Below are positions 54,567 through 61,738 of a stretch of 61,738 nt of DNA, piece after piece. The position numbers were made by a program, and so were the translations under genes. This DNA comes from Candidatus Moraniibacteriota bacterium (GTDB taxonomy: Bacteria; Patescibacteriota; Minisyncoccia; Moranbacterales; UBA2206). Each line of letters opens with the position of its first letter. Position 1 is the stretch's first letter. The stretch is taken from contig JAUXSI010000028.1 of NCBI GenBank assembly GCA_030679985.1, positions 1 through 61,738 on the forward strand. Reading direction: 5' to 3'. The notes beneath the pieces are model-generated. The model was not told the DNA's origin, ran no database searches, and worked only from the letters and a program-made list of their open reading frames with translations.

Positions 54567-54593
54567 CCTAATTTATATTAGAATGATACGCCC
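54556..54593. promoter_or_regulatory. 38-nt inverted repeat spanning the arsR start codon (candidate operator or RBS-sequestering hairpin)
   Basis: GGGCGTATCATCCTAAT (54556-54572) - TTAT - ATTAGAATGATACGCCC (54577-54593), with 16 of 17 positions pairing. The arsR ATG is 54566..54564. Confidence 0.5.
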
Positions 54594-54646
54594 GCCTGGC
54601 TGATATGTCAACAATCCGGACGGCGGCATCCGCACGCTTTCCCGGA

Positions 54647-54682
54647 TAAAAAAAATACCACCCGGAACGGGTGGTATTTTTA
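54647..54682. terminator. Bidirectional intrinsic terminator
   Basis: ATACCACCCG-GAA-CGGGTGGTAT (10-bp stem) flanked by an A-run and a T-run. Lies downstream of the VOC gene at 54696. Confidence 0.7.
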
Positions 54683-54695
54683 TGATGGAAACGGT

Positions 54696-55085
54696 TTATT
54701 CCGGTTTCCAATCCGTCGCCTGCATCAAGGCGAAGCGGTTGCCTTCCGTATCCTTGGCGCTCGCGAACCAACCGACGCCCTTAAGCTCGCTCTTTTCCCG
54801 CGTAATCGTTCCGCCGTTGGCTTTGACGGCCTCGACCGCTTTGTCGATATCCGGAACCAAGACCGTACCGTCGTAAGTATACAGCCTGTCGTCCGCCGGC
54901 CGTTTATACATACCGCCGCTGATGCCCGGACCAGTACCGGTGTCCAACATCCAATAATCCATCATATCGCCCTTTTCCGCCGACATAGCCGGCATTACCT
55001 TCCAACCCAAGACGGCTTCGTAAAACTTCTTGGCGCGCTCCACATCGTCCGCCTGGATCTCAAAATGTATTACCCTGTTGCCCAT
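54696..55085 (-). CDS. VOC (glyoxalase/bleomycin-resistance/dioxygenase) family protein
   Basis: Start at Met20 (MGNRVIHFEIQADDVERAKKFYEAVLGWKV...). 129 aa. Confidence 0.85.
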   Translation of the reverse strand: MGNRVIHFEIQADDVERAKKFYEAVLGWKVMPAMSAEKGDMMDYWMLDTGTGPGISGGMYKRPADDRLYTYDGTVLVPDIDKAVEAVKANGGTITREKSELKGVGWFASAKDTEGNRFALMQATDWKPE

Positions 55086-55197
55086 ATGTTTATAATTAAT
55101 ATTTATATAATTATTACAGACTCGCCGGGGAAATACTTCCATCCGGACACTTGCCGCGCAGCGGGAGAAAAAATCAGACCGCCCGGTTTCCTATCAG

Positions 55198-55228
55198 CAA
55201 AAAAACCGCCGGCAAGAGCGGTTTTTTT
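55198..55228. terminator. Intrinsic terminator downstream of the 55251..55916 gene
   Basis: AACCGC...GCGGTT stem flanked by an A-run and a T-run. Confidence 0.55.
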
Positions 55229-55250
55229 ATGGTTATCCCGGGATAGATGG

Positions 55251-55916
55251 TTATCGGAAAAGCCTCACTGCCCAACCGAACAAGCTGAATTTATTTTCAT
55301 TCCGGGCGATAAAATCATCCAGATTCGCCTGCGCCTGCTCCATCATCCGGATTTGCGCCTGCAACTCGACCTTATCCTGTTCAGCAACCGCCTTGTCAGT
55401 CAATCGCTTCAATTGTCCGATTTGCTCCCTGGATTGGACCGTCTGGCCCCGCAATTCCCCTAAATTCCGATAGCTCGTGCCTATGAAGAATGTTTTAATA
55501 TCACTTCTGTTCTCAACGGCATATATCAAATCGGCCGCCCTGTCCTTCACATTATTTTGCTGTTGGGCGATGACCCTCACCTCCTGCCCGATTCCACCAT
55601 CCCTGTCGGCTACCGCCAACAAGCCTTGCACGAAAGCGGCCACCGCGCCCCTGTGCGTTTCGGCGCTGTCCTGCGTCTTATTTTCTTTTTCATTCATCAC
55701 CTTGACCTCGTTCCGTTCTTGGGTTTGGATCTGGACATTTTCCCCTTGGTTTTGCACTGCGTTTTTCTCCTGGACTTGGACGGCGCTTCCGGCTTGACCC
55801 GTCTGGGAAACACCTGACTCCGGTTTCGAGCCTTGGCCAGGATTCGTACTTGCCGCTTGGGTTTGGACGGCCACTCCAAACATCAGGAAAAAAGCAATCA
55901 ACAGCGTTTTTTTCAT
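55251..55916 (-). CDS. Secreted coiled-coil protein, hypothetical
   Basis: 221 aa with a signal peptide (MKKTLLIAFFLMFGVAVQTQA), a Q/N/E-rich low-complexity region and a helical C-terminus. Confidence 0.6.
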   Translation of the reverse strand: MKKTLLIAFFLMFGVAVQTQAASTNPGQGSKPESGVSQTGQAGSAVQVQEKNAVQNQGENVQIQTQERNEVKVMNEKENKTQDSAETHRGAVAAFVQGLLAVADRDGGIGQEVRVIAQQQNNVKDRAADLIYAVENRSDIKTFFIGTSYRNLGELRGQTVQSREQIGQLKRLTDKAVAEQDKVELQAQIRMMEQAQANLDDFIARNENKFSLFGWAVRLFR

Positions 55917-56116
55917 CGTTTTTTCTTAATTGTTTATGGTTTTAATTATACCACAAGTTGCCCGATCAGACCTATCCGTTTTTTCTTCCGGATTTTTTTT
56001 GGCAACGCCGTCGATCGCCAGCCCTACGACAAAAACAGCCTCCGGTTGGATTTTAAAACCGACCGGACTCCGCAAAAACGCCTTCGCCCCGAAGCCAAAC
56101 CGCGATAGCGGCCGCT

Positions 56117-56503
56117 TCAGAGCAATTGATTGATCTGTATGAGATTCCCGCATGAATCATTAAGGACGGCGATGATCGACCCCGTCACTTTTGTCGGCGG
56201 CATGGTAAATTCCACCCCCAGCCCTTTCAATTTTTCATACTCTTTTTGAATATCTTCAACAAAGAACGCCGTGGCAGGGATTCCTTGCTTGAAAATCGCT
56301 TCCTGATATGTTTTGGCGGCAGGGTTATTATTAGGCTCAAGAAGAAGCTCGGTCCCCTCCTGTTGCTCAGGCGAAACGACGGTCAGCCAGCGGTACTCGC
56401 CGACGGAAACATCATTCTTCTTCACAAAACCCAGGATCTCCGTATAGAACTTCAACGCTTTTGCCTGATCGTTCACGAACACGCTAGTGACTTTGATTTT
56501 CAT
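56117..56503 (-). CDS. VOC (glyoxalase) family protein
   Basis: 128 aa with MKIKVTSVFVNDQAKALKFYTEILGF... and a paired beta-alpha-beta-beta-beta module pattern. Confidence 0.85.
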   Translation of the reverse strand: MKIKVTSVFVNDQAKALKFYTEILGFVKKNDVSVGEYRWLTVVSPEQQEGTELLLEPNNNPAAKTYQEAIFKQGIPATAFFVEDIQKEYEKLKGLGVEFTMPPTKVTGSIIAVLNDSCGNLIQINQLL

Positions 56504-56596
56504 AAGCTTTTTTTTAAATTATTATTCTTGCGCGGAAAATTACGCATCAACAAAAAACGCAAAAAGTAAAAACCCTATTTGCCGATGCCGTCGCTC

Positions 56597-57112
56597 CTAA
56601 GCTTTTTTCAAGTCTTCAATCACGATTTTGCCCATCTTAAGCATCGCTTGCATGGCTTTTTCAGCTTTCTCAGGATCGGGATCTTGCAACAATTCACCGA
56701 GAACGGCGGGAACCACTTGCCAGGACAGGCCGAACTTATCCTTGAGCCATCCGCATATCTGCGCCTTCGGATCCCCGCCTGCGGACAATTTTTCCCAAAA
56801 ATAATCGATTTCCTCCTGCGATTCGCAATCCACGACGAACGATACCGCTTCGCTGAACTTGAAATCCGGGCCGCCGTTAATGGCGATGAATTTCTGGCCG
56901 TCCAGCTCGAATTCGACCGTCATCACGCTGCCTGCTGGTTTGCCGGACACTTCTTCGGCCGCTTTGGGATAGCGGGTCACCTTGCCGACCTTGGAATTCC
57001 TTCCTCTCGCGGAAAATACGGAAACATAGAAATTTGCCGCCTCCTCGGCCTGGCTTTCAAACCATAGGCACGGCGTGATTTTTTGTTTGTTCTGCAGTTG
57101 TTGAGTGGACAT
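56597..57112 (-). CDS. VOC-superfamily protein, PhnB/3-demethylubiquinone-methyltransferase-like domain
   Basis: 171 aa with ITPCLWFESQAEEAANFYVSVF...MTVEFELDGQKFIAINGGP...CGWLKDKFGLSWQVVP. Confidence 0.85.
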   Translation of the reverse strand: MSTQQLQNKQKITPCLWFESQAEEAANFYVSVFSARGRNSKVGKVTRYPKAAEEVSGKPAGSVMTVEFELDGQKFIAINGGPDFKFSEAVSFVVDCESQEEIDYFWEKLSAGGDPKAQICGWLKDKFGLSWQVVPAVLGELLQDPDPEKAEKAMQAMLKMGKIVIEDLKKA

Positions 57113-57179
57113 ATGTTTGTTCTTAAAAAATTAAATGGGTCCGATAGAGCAGGCCGCACGGCATCAATCCCGGGAAGGA

Positions 57180-57779
57180 TCAAAACGATCCCGTTTCCAC
57201 GTCACCCGCGCGCTTGTAATTGGCGAAAATGACTCCGCTCGGCGAAGTCGAGCTTTGAATCAGCTTGAACGCCGCGGGAATCGTGCCTTCAGCAAACAAA
57301 CGCTTTCCTTGTCCGAGCGTTATGGGAAAAATTTTAAGCCACAACTCATCGACTAAATCGTGCTTGAAAAGGGTTTGCAATAAATTACCACTGCCGTAAA
57401 CATACAGGTCGGGGCCATCCTCGCTTTTGAGCTTCCTCACCTCTCCGCTGACATCGCCCGCAAGAAGCACCGAATTCTCCCACTCAAGCTTGATCGAGGA
57501 GTCATGGGACGCGACATACTTTCTAGCCTCATTGATGCCGGGCCATCCAGCGGCATGGTGCGGCCAATAACCCGCGAATATTTCATACGTCTTCAAACCG
57601 AGAAGCAAGCTGAAAGGCCCTGCCATCTGTTCACCCATAATCTTACCCGCAAAGTCGTCGAAATACGGCACGGTCCATCCGCCATATTTGAAACCGCCGG
57701 ACGTGTCTTCTTCCGGCCCGCCGGGCGCCTGCATGACGCCATCCAGGGTGACAAAGGTCGTAGCTATTATTTTTCTCAT
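57180..57779 (-). CDS. Dihydrofolate-reductase-like (RibD C-terminal domain) family protein
   Basis: 199 aa with MRKIIATTFVTLDGVMQAPGGPEED...YVYGSGNLLQTL... Confidence 0.85.
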   Translation of the reverse strand: MRKIIATTFVTLDGVMQAPGGPEEDTSGGFKYGGWTVPYFDDFAGKIMGEQMAGPFSLLLGLKTYEIFAGYWPHHAAGWPGINEARKYVASHDSSIKLEWENSVLLAGDVSGEVRKLKSEDGPDLYVYGSGNLLQTLFKHDLVDELWLKIFPITLGQGKRLFAEGTIPAAFKLIQSSTSPSGVIFANYKRAGDVETGSF

Positions 57780-57990
57780 ACGTTTTCATTAACTTATTGA
57801 TACAGTTAATACATCCGTCGGTGGCAATAATTCCCCCTATCCCTCCTCAAGCGACCGGTTTTTTAAGACTTGCGAATGGAAGCGAAAAAAACGCCCGCAA
57901 GGAACGTTTCTTTTTTACTCCAAACCCCGAAGAAGATTAGGATCTTATTCATAAAATTATTTGAAAAAATAAATAAACTCGTCTGGGTTA

Positions 57991-58030
57991 AAAAAAGCCC
58001 GCCAGAAGGAAAGATTCCTGCCGACGGGCT
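57991..58030 (-). terminator. Intrinsic terminator of the 58057..58500 gene
   Basis: Imperfect stem AGCCCG...CGGGCT with an inner AGGAA/TTCCT stem, followed by TTTTTTT on the minus strand. Confidence 0.5.
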
Positions 58031-58056
58031 ACTTGGTCAAGGGCGTGTCTAACGTC

Positions 58057-58500
58057 TCAAGGAGTGATTGTCTCGAGATGATCGAGACTTTCTTGAAAGT
58101 CCCTGAGCCTCTGCTCCGCATACCAATCCGGGTGCGCAGTGCAGTAGGCCATCAACCTGCGGAAGAAATCCCTTCTGAGCCGAAGGTATTCGTCCTGCAG
58201 ATCAGCAGGCACGAGCGTCAACTCATACCTGAGAGCCCTGAGACAACTGCCGGGACACTCCGCAAGCTCCTCAAACTCCATAATCTCATGGAGCACTTGA
58301 GGTCCGCGGAACAGCTCCGGAACATCCTCGGAAATGAAGAAGAATCTCTCCCCACCCTCCTTGAAGCAACCCACGAAACCCGGCAGTTCCTTATTCACAC
58401 TCCCTGAAAGGACTGCATAAAGGATGACTTCCCCCTGAAACGTTACGGCGCCGTAGCCGATGGCATTGCTTTGGATCATTTTGGGCCAGTTTTTTTCCAT
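58057..58500 (-). CDS. Hypothetical protein (orphan)
   Basis: 147-aa ORF with its own terminator. No recognisable motif. Confidence 0.5.
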   Translation of the reverse strand: MEKNWPKMIQSNAIGYGAVTFQGEVILYAVLSGSVNKELPGFVGCFKEGGERFFFISEDVPELFRGPQVLHEIMEFEELAECPGSCLRALRYELTLVPADLQDEYLRLRRDFFRRLMAYCTAHPDWYAEQRLRDFQESLDHLETITP

Positions 58501-58651
58501 TTTTTTCTCCTCGCGTTGGTGTTAAGAGTAGGGACTGTAAAATTCGAAGGAACAAACAAAAATAGCACGCGTAGTGCCACTTGTCAATATCTCAAAAATA
58601 ATAATTTGCCGTTTATAACCAGCGAAGATCGCTCGACCAAACGCTTATTTT

Positions 58652-58693
58652 TTAAAATAAAAACGGGCAGGGACTTGATTTAAGCCCCTGCCC
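58652..58693 (-). terminator. Intrinsic terminator of the 58706..59059 gene
   Basis: GGGCAGGG (58665-58672) pairs with CCCTGCCC (58686-58693), followed by a T-run on the minus strand. Confidence 0.6.
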
Positions 58694-58705
58694 GCTCCAC
58701 ATTTT

Positions 58706-59059
58706 TTACCGATTCATATCCTCCCTGTTTAATGATGTCGGCTGGATCTGTTTGCTTGGTTTCTGGGGGTATTTTTTAAAAACCCATCCGCAGCAACCGT
58801 AGTCATAGCGGCGCTCGATCCACCAATCCTCCCCGACAATAATCAAATTTTGGGGAAGTTTGTCATCCGCGAAGATCTCCTCGCCGTCGTAATCATACTT
58901 GGCAGCCAAAGCTTCGAAATCAACCCATTCGAAACATATTGACTCTGGAAATCCCCATCCTTCGAATACGCGGTTAACAGCTCCGACCCAAAGAATGTCT
59001 GAGGGGCGCTTTCCATTATTATCGAGACACTGGAGTGTTTCTTCTAATAAATTTTTCAT
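58706..59059 (-). CDS. Hypothetical protein (orphan, Trp/Asp-rich)
   Basis: 117-aa ORF with SD (AAGGAGGGTAGG-ATG) and its own terminator. Confidence 0.55.
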   Translation of the reverse strand: MKNLLEETLQCLDNNGKRPSDILWVGAVNRVFEGWGFPESICFEWVDFEALAAKYDYDGEEIFADDKLPQNLIIVGEDWWIERRYDYGCCGWVFKKYPQKPSKQIQPTSLNREDMNR

Positions 59060-59205
59060 CCTACCCTCCTTGATGTGTTTATCTTGTAAGATAAGCGGTT
59101 GTTAAAAATGTTCTCCTACAAAATCACAAACAAAATTTGCGACCTTGATAAGAGCAGGCAAGGAAGTCAGATGCGACTCCCTTGCCCGGACTGCCAAAAA
59201 AAGTC

Positions 59206-59526
59206 CTAGTCCTTGATAGCTTCCGCGGACTTTCCTAAAGCAATGCCTTGGCCATATCGCTTGCCCGCCTCAAAGATCTCCCCGATAAGTTCCCCGAGTT
59301 CAATTGAAAACTCAGTGTCTCCGTCATAATCACGGATAGCCCAAAGGATTTTTCCAAGTTTGCTGTCTTCCGAAAAAGTTTTTTTAAAAACAAATTGGTT
59401 TTTACTTCCATCTTCCTTCCACACATCCGCATCAAGCACCTCCGCCGCCTCCTCTTCGGTTTCACAATTATAGAGCGGGTTAAGCAATGCAACCACGGAA
59501 CCTGTTTCAAAAATGACAATGTCCAT
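59206..59526 (-). CDS. Hypothetical acidic protein (orphan)
   Basis: 106-aa ORF with SD (AAGGAGAAAGTTCT-ATG). Confidence 0.55.
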   Translation of the reverse strand: MDIVIFETGSVVALLNPLYNCETEEEAAEVLDADVWKEDGSKNQFVFKKTFSEDSKLGKILWAIRDYDGDTEFSIELGELIGEIFEAGKRYGQGIALGKSAEAIKD

Positions 59527-59650
59527 AGAACTTTCTCCTTGTAGTTATGGGCTTATACCCGCTTTATATTGGACTACTCTGTGAAAAATCAACATTCAGA
59601 AGAAGAGCCGCCAAGCACGACGCGCGGCCAATTCTCCTGAATATTCCCTA

Positions 59651-60229
59651 CTATGCCACTGACTTAGCGACAACAACGATCGCCCTCGCGATCTCGCGCG
59701 CCTCAATGGCCTTGAAACCATTCGCATCCAAGATTCTTTCCAAATCAGCTAGCGATCTGAAAAGGATTTTATGGTCCGGAGTGAATTCGCCCAGATATTT
59801 TTCCTTGGGAACAGCTACGACGAGCTGGCCGTCACGCTTCAAGACCCGTGAAATGTCCGCCAAGATTTCCGTCGGATTCACAAAATGCTCGAGGACATGC
59901 GAAAGCACAATTGCATCCACAGACCTATCTTCCACTGGAATCTTGGCTCCGCTAACTCCATACATAAATTTCACCCCGCTCCCCAAATTCCTAATCTTAG
60001 CCAGAATGGCCACTGCCCTGCTCTTGTTCGTGTCTATGCCGATAGCATGAGTGACATTTCCCACGAGGGCTATTTTGCCGGTTAGATAGCCGGCATTACA
60101 GCCAATTTCGATTACAGTACCGCTCAAGCCCTGAATAAAGCCCTGCAATATCCGCAACTCTTCGCGACGGTTGATTCGTTGTGAGATTTCAGTTTTGACT
60201 GCGATATATAAGCTATTGTAATATCCCAT
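59651..60229 (-). CDS. Class I SAM-dependent methyltransferase
   Basis: 192 aa. Motif I VIEIGCNAGYLTG; post-I/II ...VDAIVLSHVLEHF; Rossmann-fold spacing. Confidence 0.8.
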   Translation of the reverse strand: MGYYNSLYIAVKTEISQRINRREELRILQGFIQGLSGTVIEIGCNAGYLTGKIALVGNVTHAIGIDTNKSRAVAILAKIRNLGSGVKFMYGVSGAKIPVEDRSVDAIVLSHVLEHFVNPTEILADISRVLKRDGQLVVAVPKEKYLGEFTPDHKILFRSLADLERILDANGFKAIEAREIARAIVVVAKSVA

Positions 60230-60402
60230 GACATTTCCCCTTATTGAGTTGTTAATTTACTTCCAATCTCCTAAAAACATTCTACATGCTTAGTTCAAAA
60301 AGTGAACCAATTTAAAAAAAGTCGCTTTTTTATATAAAGTTATTTGATATAATTTACTTTGTTTAAGCCAAGATTTAAGATTTTACAAGTCCGATATTTC
60401 TG

Positions 60403-60431
60403 TTGACAAAATGGACAACTATTGATAATAT
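60403..60431 (+). promoter_or_regulatory. Sigma-70-type promoter of the TrmB-like gene
   Basis: TTGACA (60403-60408), a 17-nt spacer, then TAATAT (60426-60431), ending about 25 nt upstream of the ATG at 60456. Confidence 0.55.
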
Positions 60432-60455
60432 TCGAGTAGGTTTGAATCATTCAAT

Positions 60456-61190
60456 ATGTATCAAAAGGAATTGCAACAATTGGGCTTGAGCAAGAAAGAG
60501 GCCGATGTCTATCTGGCTGCTTTGGAGCTGGGTGAAACGACCGCCCATCGTATCGCCAAAAAATCAGGCATCAAGCGAGCCACTGTCTATCGTATCGTTG
60601 AATCGCTCAAAGAGAAGAGTTTGATATCCGTGTATCACAAGAAATCAATCACGTTTTTTTATGCTGAAAATCCTAAAGCCATAAAAGAAAAAATTGCCAA
60701 TAATTTGAAAACTGTTGATGAAATTTTGCCCGGACTTCTTTCTTTGACTAATTTAACGGACAAGAAGCCGAAAATTCGCTATTATGAAGGAATCGAAGAG
60801 CTTCGCGAGTTGATATTGGAAACCCTGAAATATCCCGGCAAAGAAATTGCGAGTTGGTCGGCTGGCAAATCCATTGAAATTTATGGGGAATCCTTTTGGG
60901 AAAAAGAATATATCGCCGTTCGTATGAAAAGAAAAATTCCGATTCGCCTGATTTATGCCGATGTGCCAATGGGGCATAAACATAAGGATGTAGAAAAAAC
61001 ACAACTCAGACAAGTTCGGATTGAAAAATCATCCAAATTTATTTTTGGCATTCAAATCAAGCTTTTTGGCGACAGATTCGCGGCCTTTATTTCTGACAAA
61101 GAAACCATAGGAATCATGATTGAAAGTAAAAAAACTTTCGATACCTTGAAAAGCATTTTTGAAATTCATTGGCAAACTTTGGAAAAATAA
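60456..61190 (+). CDS. TrmB-family transcriptional regulator
   Basis: 244 aa. N-terminal wHTH: LGLSKKEADVYLAALELGETTAHRIAKKSGIKRATVYRIVESLKEKSLI. C-terminal effector-like domain. Confidence 0.8.
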   Translation: MYQKELQQLGLSKKEADVYLAALELGETTAHRIAKKSGIKRATVYRIVESLKEKSLISVYHKKSITFFYAENPKAIKEKIANNLKTVDEILPGLLSLTNLTDKKPKIRYYEGIEELRELILETLKYPGKEIASWSAGKSIEIYGESFWEKEYIAVRMKRKIPIRLIYADVPMGHKHKDVEKTQLRQVRIEKSSKFIFGIQIKLFGDRFAAFISDKETIGIMIESKKTFDTLKSIFEIHWQTLEK

Positions 61191-61477
61191 ACAACAATAT
61201 TACATAGTGGGGGTTGGGCGTTTTTTTGAACAAAATGATTCTCAAAGGCTCAATATTCCTCATAAAGCAAAAGGATTGAAATCCGTAGAACGGTCGTAGT
61301 GATCTTCACCCTCTTTTCTTTTCAAAAATTCAATCGCCTTGTATGTTACGGGGGGTATGTATAGCGAGTGTATAGCGAGGACGGTCCTCGACTCGACTAG
61401 ACGCTTGTTTTTCCAAAATAAAAAATGTAAGGCTCCGCCTAATGGGCGACATTAGATCCTCATTTTCTCCGCGTAAT

Positions 61478-61510
61478 TTATAAAAGCCGCTCTCATCACT
61501 GGGAGCGGCT
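61478..61510 (-). terminator. Intrinsic terminator of the DUF1428-like gene
   Basis: AGCCGCTC (61485-61492) pairs with GAGCGGCT (61503-61510), followed by a T-run on the minus strand. Confidence 0.6.
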
Positions 61511-61528
61511 TCGTGATTTTAGCTCAGT

Positions 61529-61738
61529 CTATCCCTCTACTTCAACCTGAAAACCGCCGTAAGCCATCCGTTCCATATCAAAAGGCGCGGACATATCCTT
61601 GCTTCCTTCCATCTTCTTGCTCATTTCTTCCATCACTTTAGCATTGACCTCATTTCGATGTTCTTTGGATTTAAAGACTATGAAAGAAAACCAAACCGTA
61701 TCCCCGCTTGTCGCTCCAGCCATTTCAGGAAATGCACG
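61529..61738 (-). CDS. DUF1428-like protein, C-terminal part (5' end probably outside the window)
   Basis: ...GDTVWFSFIVFKSKEHRNEVNAKVMEEMSKKM...SAPFDMERMAYGGFQVEVEG*. The frame stays open to the window edge, and full-length family members are about 115 aa. Confidence 0.55.
   Translation of the reverse strand, partial: RAFPEMAGATSGDTVWFSFIVFKSKEHRNEVNAKVMEEMSKKMEGSKDMSAPFDMERMAYGGFQVEVEG

Noticed and set aside
61360-61420. Short tandem repeat GTATAGCGAG x2 and palindrome CGAGGAC-G-GTCCTCG in the final intergenic region
   Set aside because: There are only two units and a 7-bp palindrome, with no associated gene or further copies seen. This is too little to interpret.
1-61738. Alternative genetic code (UGA recoding, as in some candidate phyla), CRISPR arrays, tRNA/rRNA genes, and transposases/integrases/reverse transcriptases
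   Set aside because: TGA terminates conserved genes at their expected ends, for example the HI0933-like oxidoreductase at 14678 and sipW at 31126. I saw no spaced direct-repeat array, no tRNA T-arm/acceptor pattern in the intergenic gaps I read, and no recombinase or RT motifs in any ORF. This was a visual scan only, so a tRNAscan/cmscan run would be needed to be certain.

Overview
The window is a gene-dense (about 85% coding) bacterial chromosomal segment with about 70 supportable CDSs, mostly on the minus strand. It uses the standard genetic code, since TGA ends conserved genes at the expected lengths. I recognised no rRNA, tRNA, CRISPR array, transposase or integrase. Many small secreted or membrane orphan proteins, efflux systems without an outer-membrane factor, and SipW/TasA-type and C39-like genes suggest an uncultivated, small-genome monoderm bacterium, possibly Patescibacteria/CPR-like; this is inference only.

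Recognisable housekeeping and transport content:
- typA, cold-shock protein, an ABC-F ATPase, Fe/Mn superoxide dismutase, cysK, purC, and metK behind a SAM-I riboswitch.
- A MacAB-like ABC efflux operon and an RND pump with its adaptor.
- A Fur-family regulator with a metal ABC importer and a perfect palindromic operator.
- An ECF-type sigma factor, a Na+/H+ antiporter, an ArsR-controlled thiol-redox/permease cluster, and a run of VOC/DHFR-like genes.

Most interesting items:
1. A two-component system, a self-contained leader unit, a 607-aa two-domain enzyme with two DDxxD motifs, and idi.
2. A four-gene sipW/TasA-like fibre operon that includes a TasA-signal/lamin-tail fusion, preceded by a promoter, a structured leader and a terminator.
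3. A 68-nt repeat with a covarying 34-nt palindrome that brackets an orphan gene, inside a low-GC island next to a sigma-factor gene remnant.
4. An unclassified, highly structured RNA of about 300 nt.
5. A 369-aa protein with beta-carbonic-anhydrase-like zinc-ligand motifs.

All functional calls come from reading the translations and sequence by eye. No database search was run.
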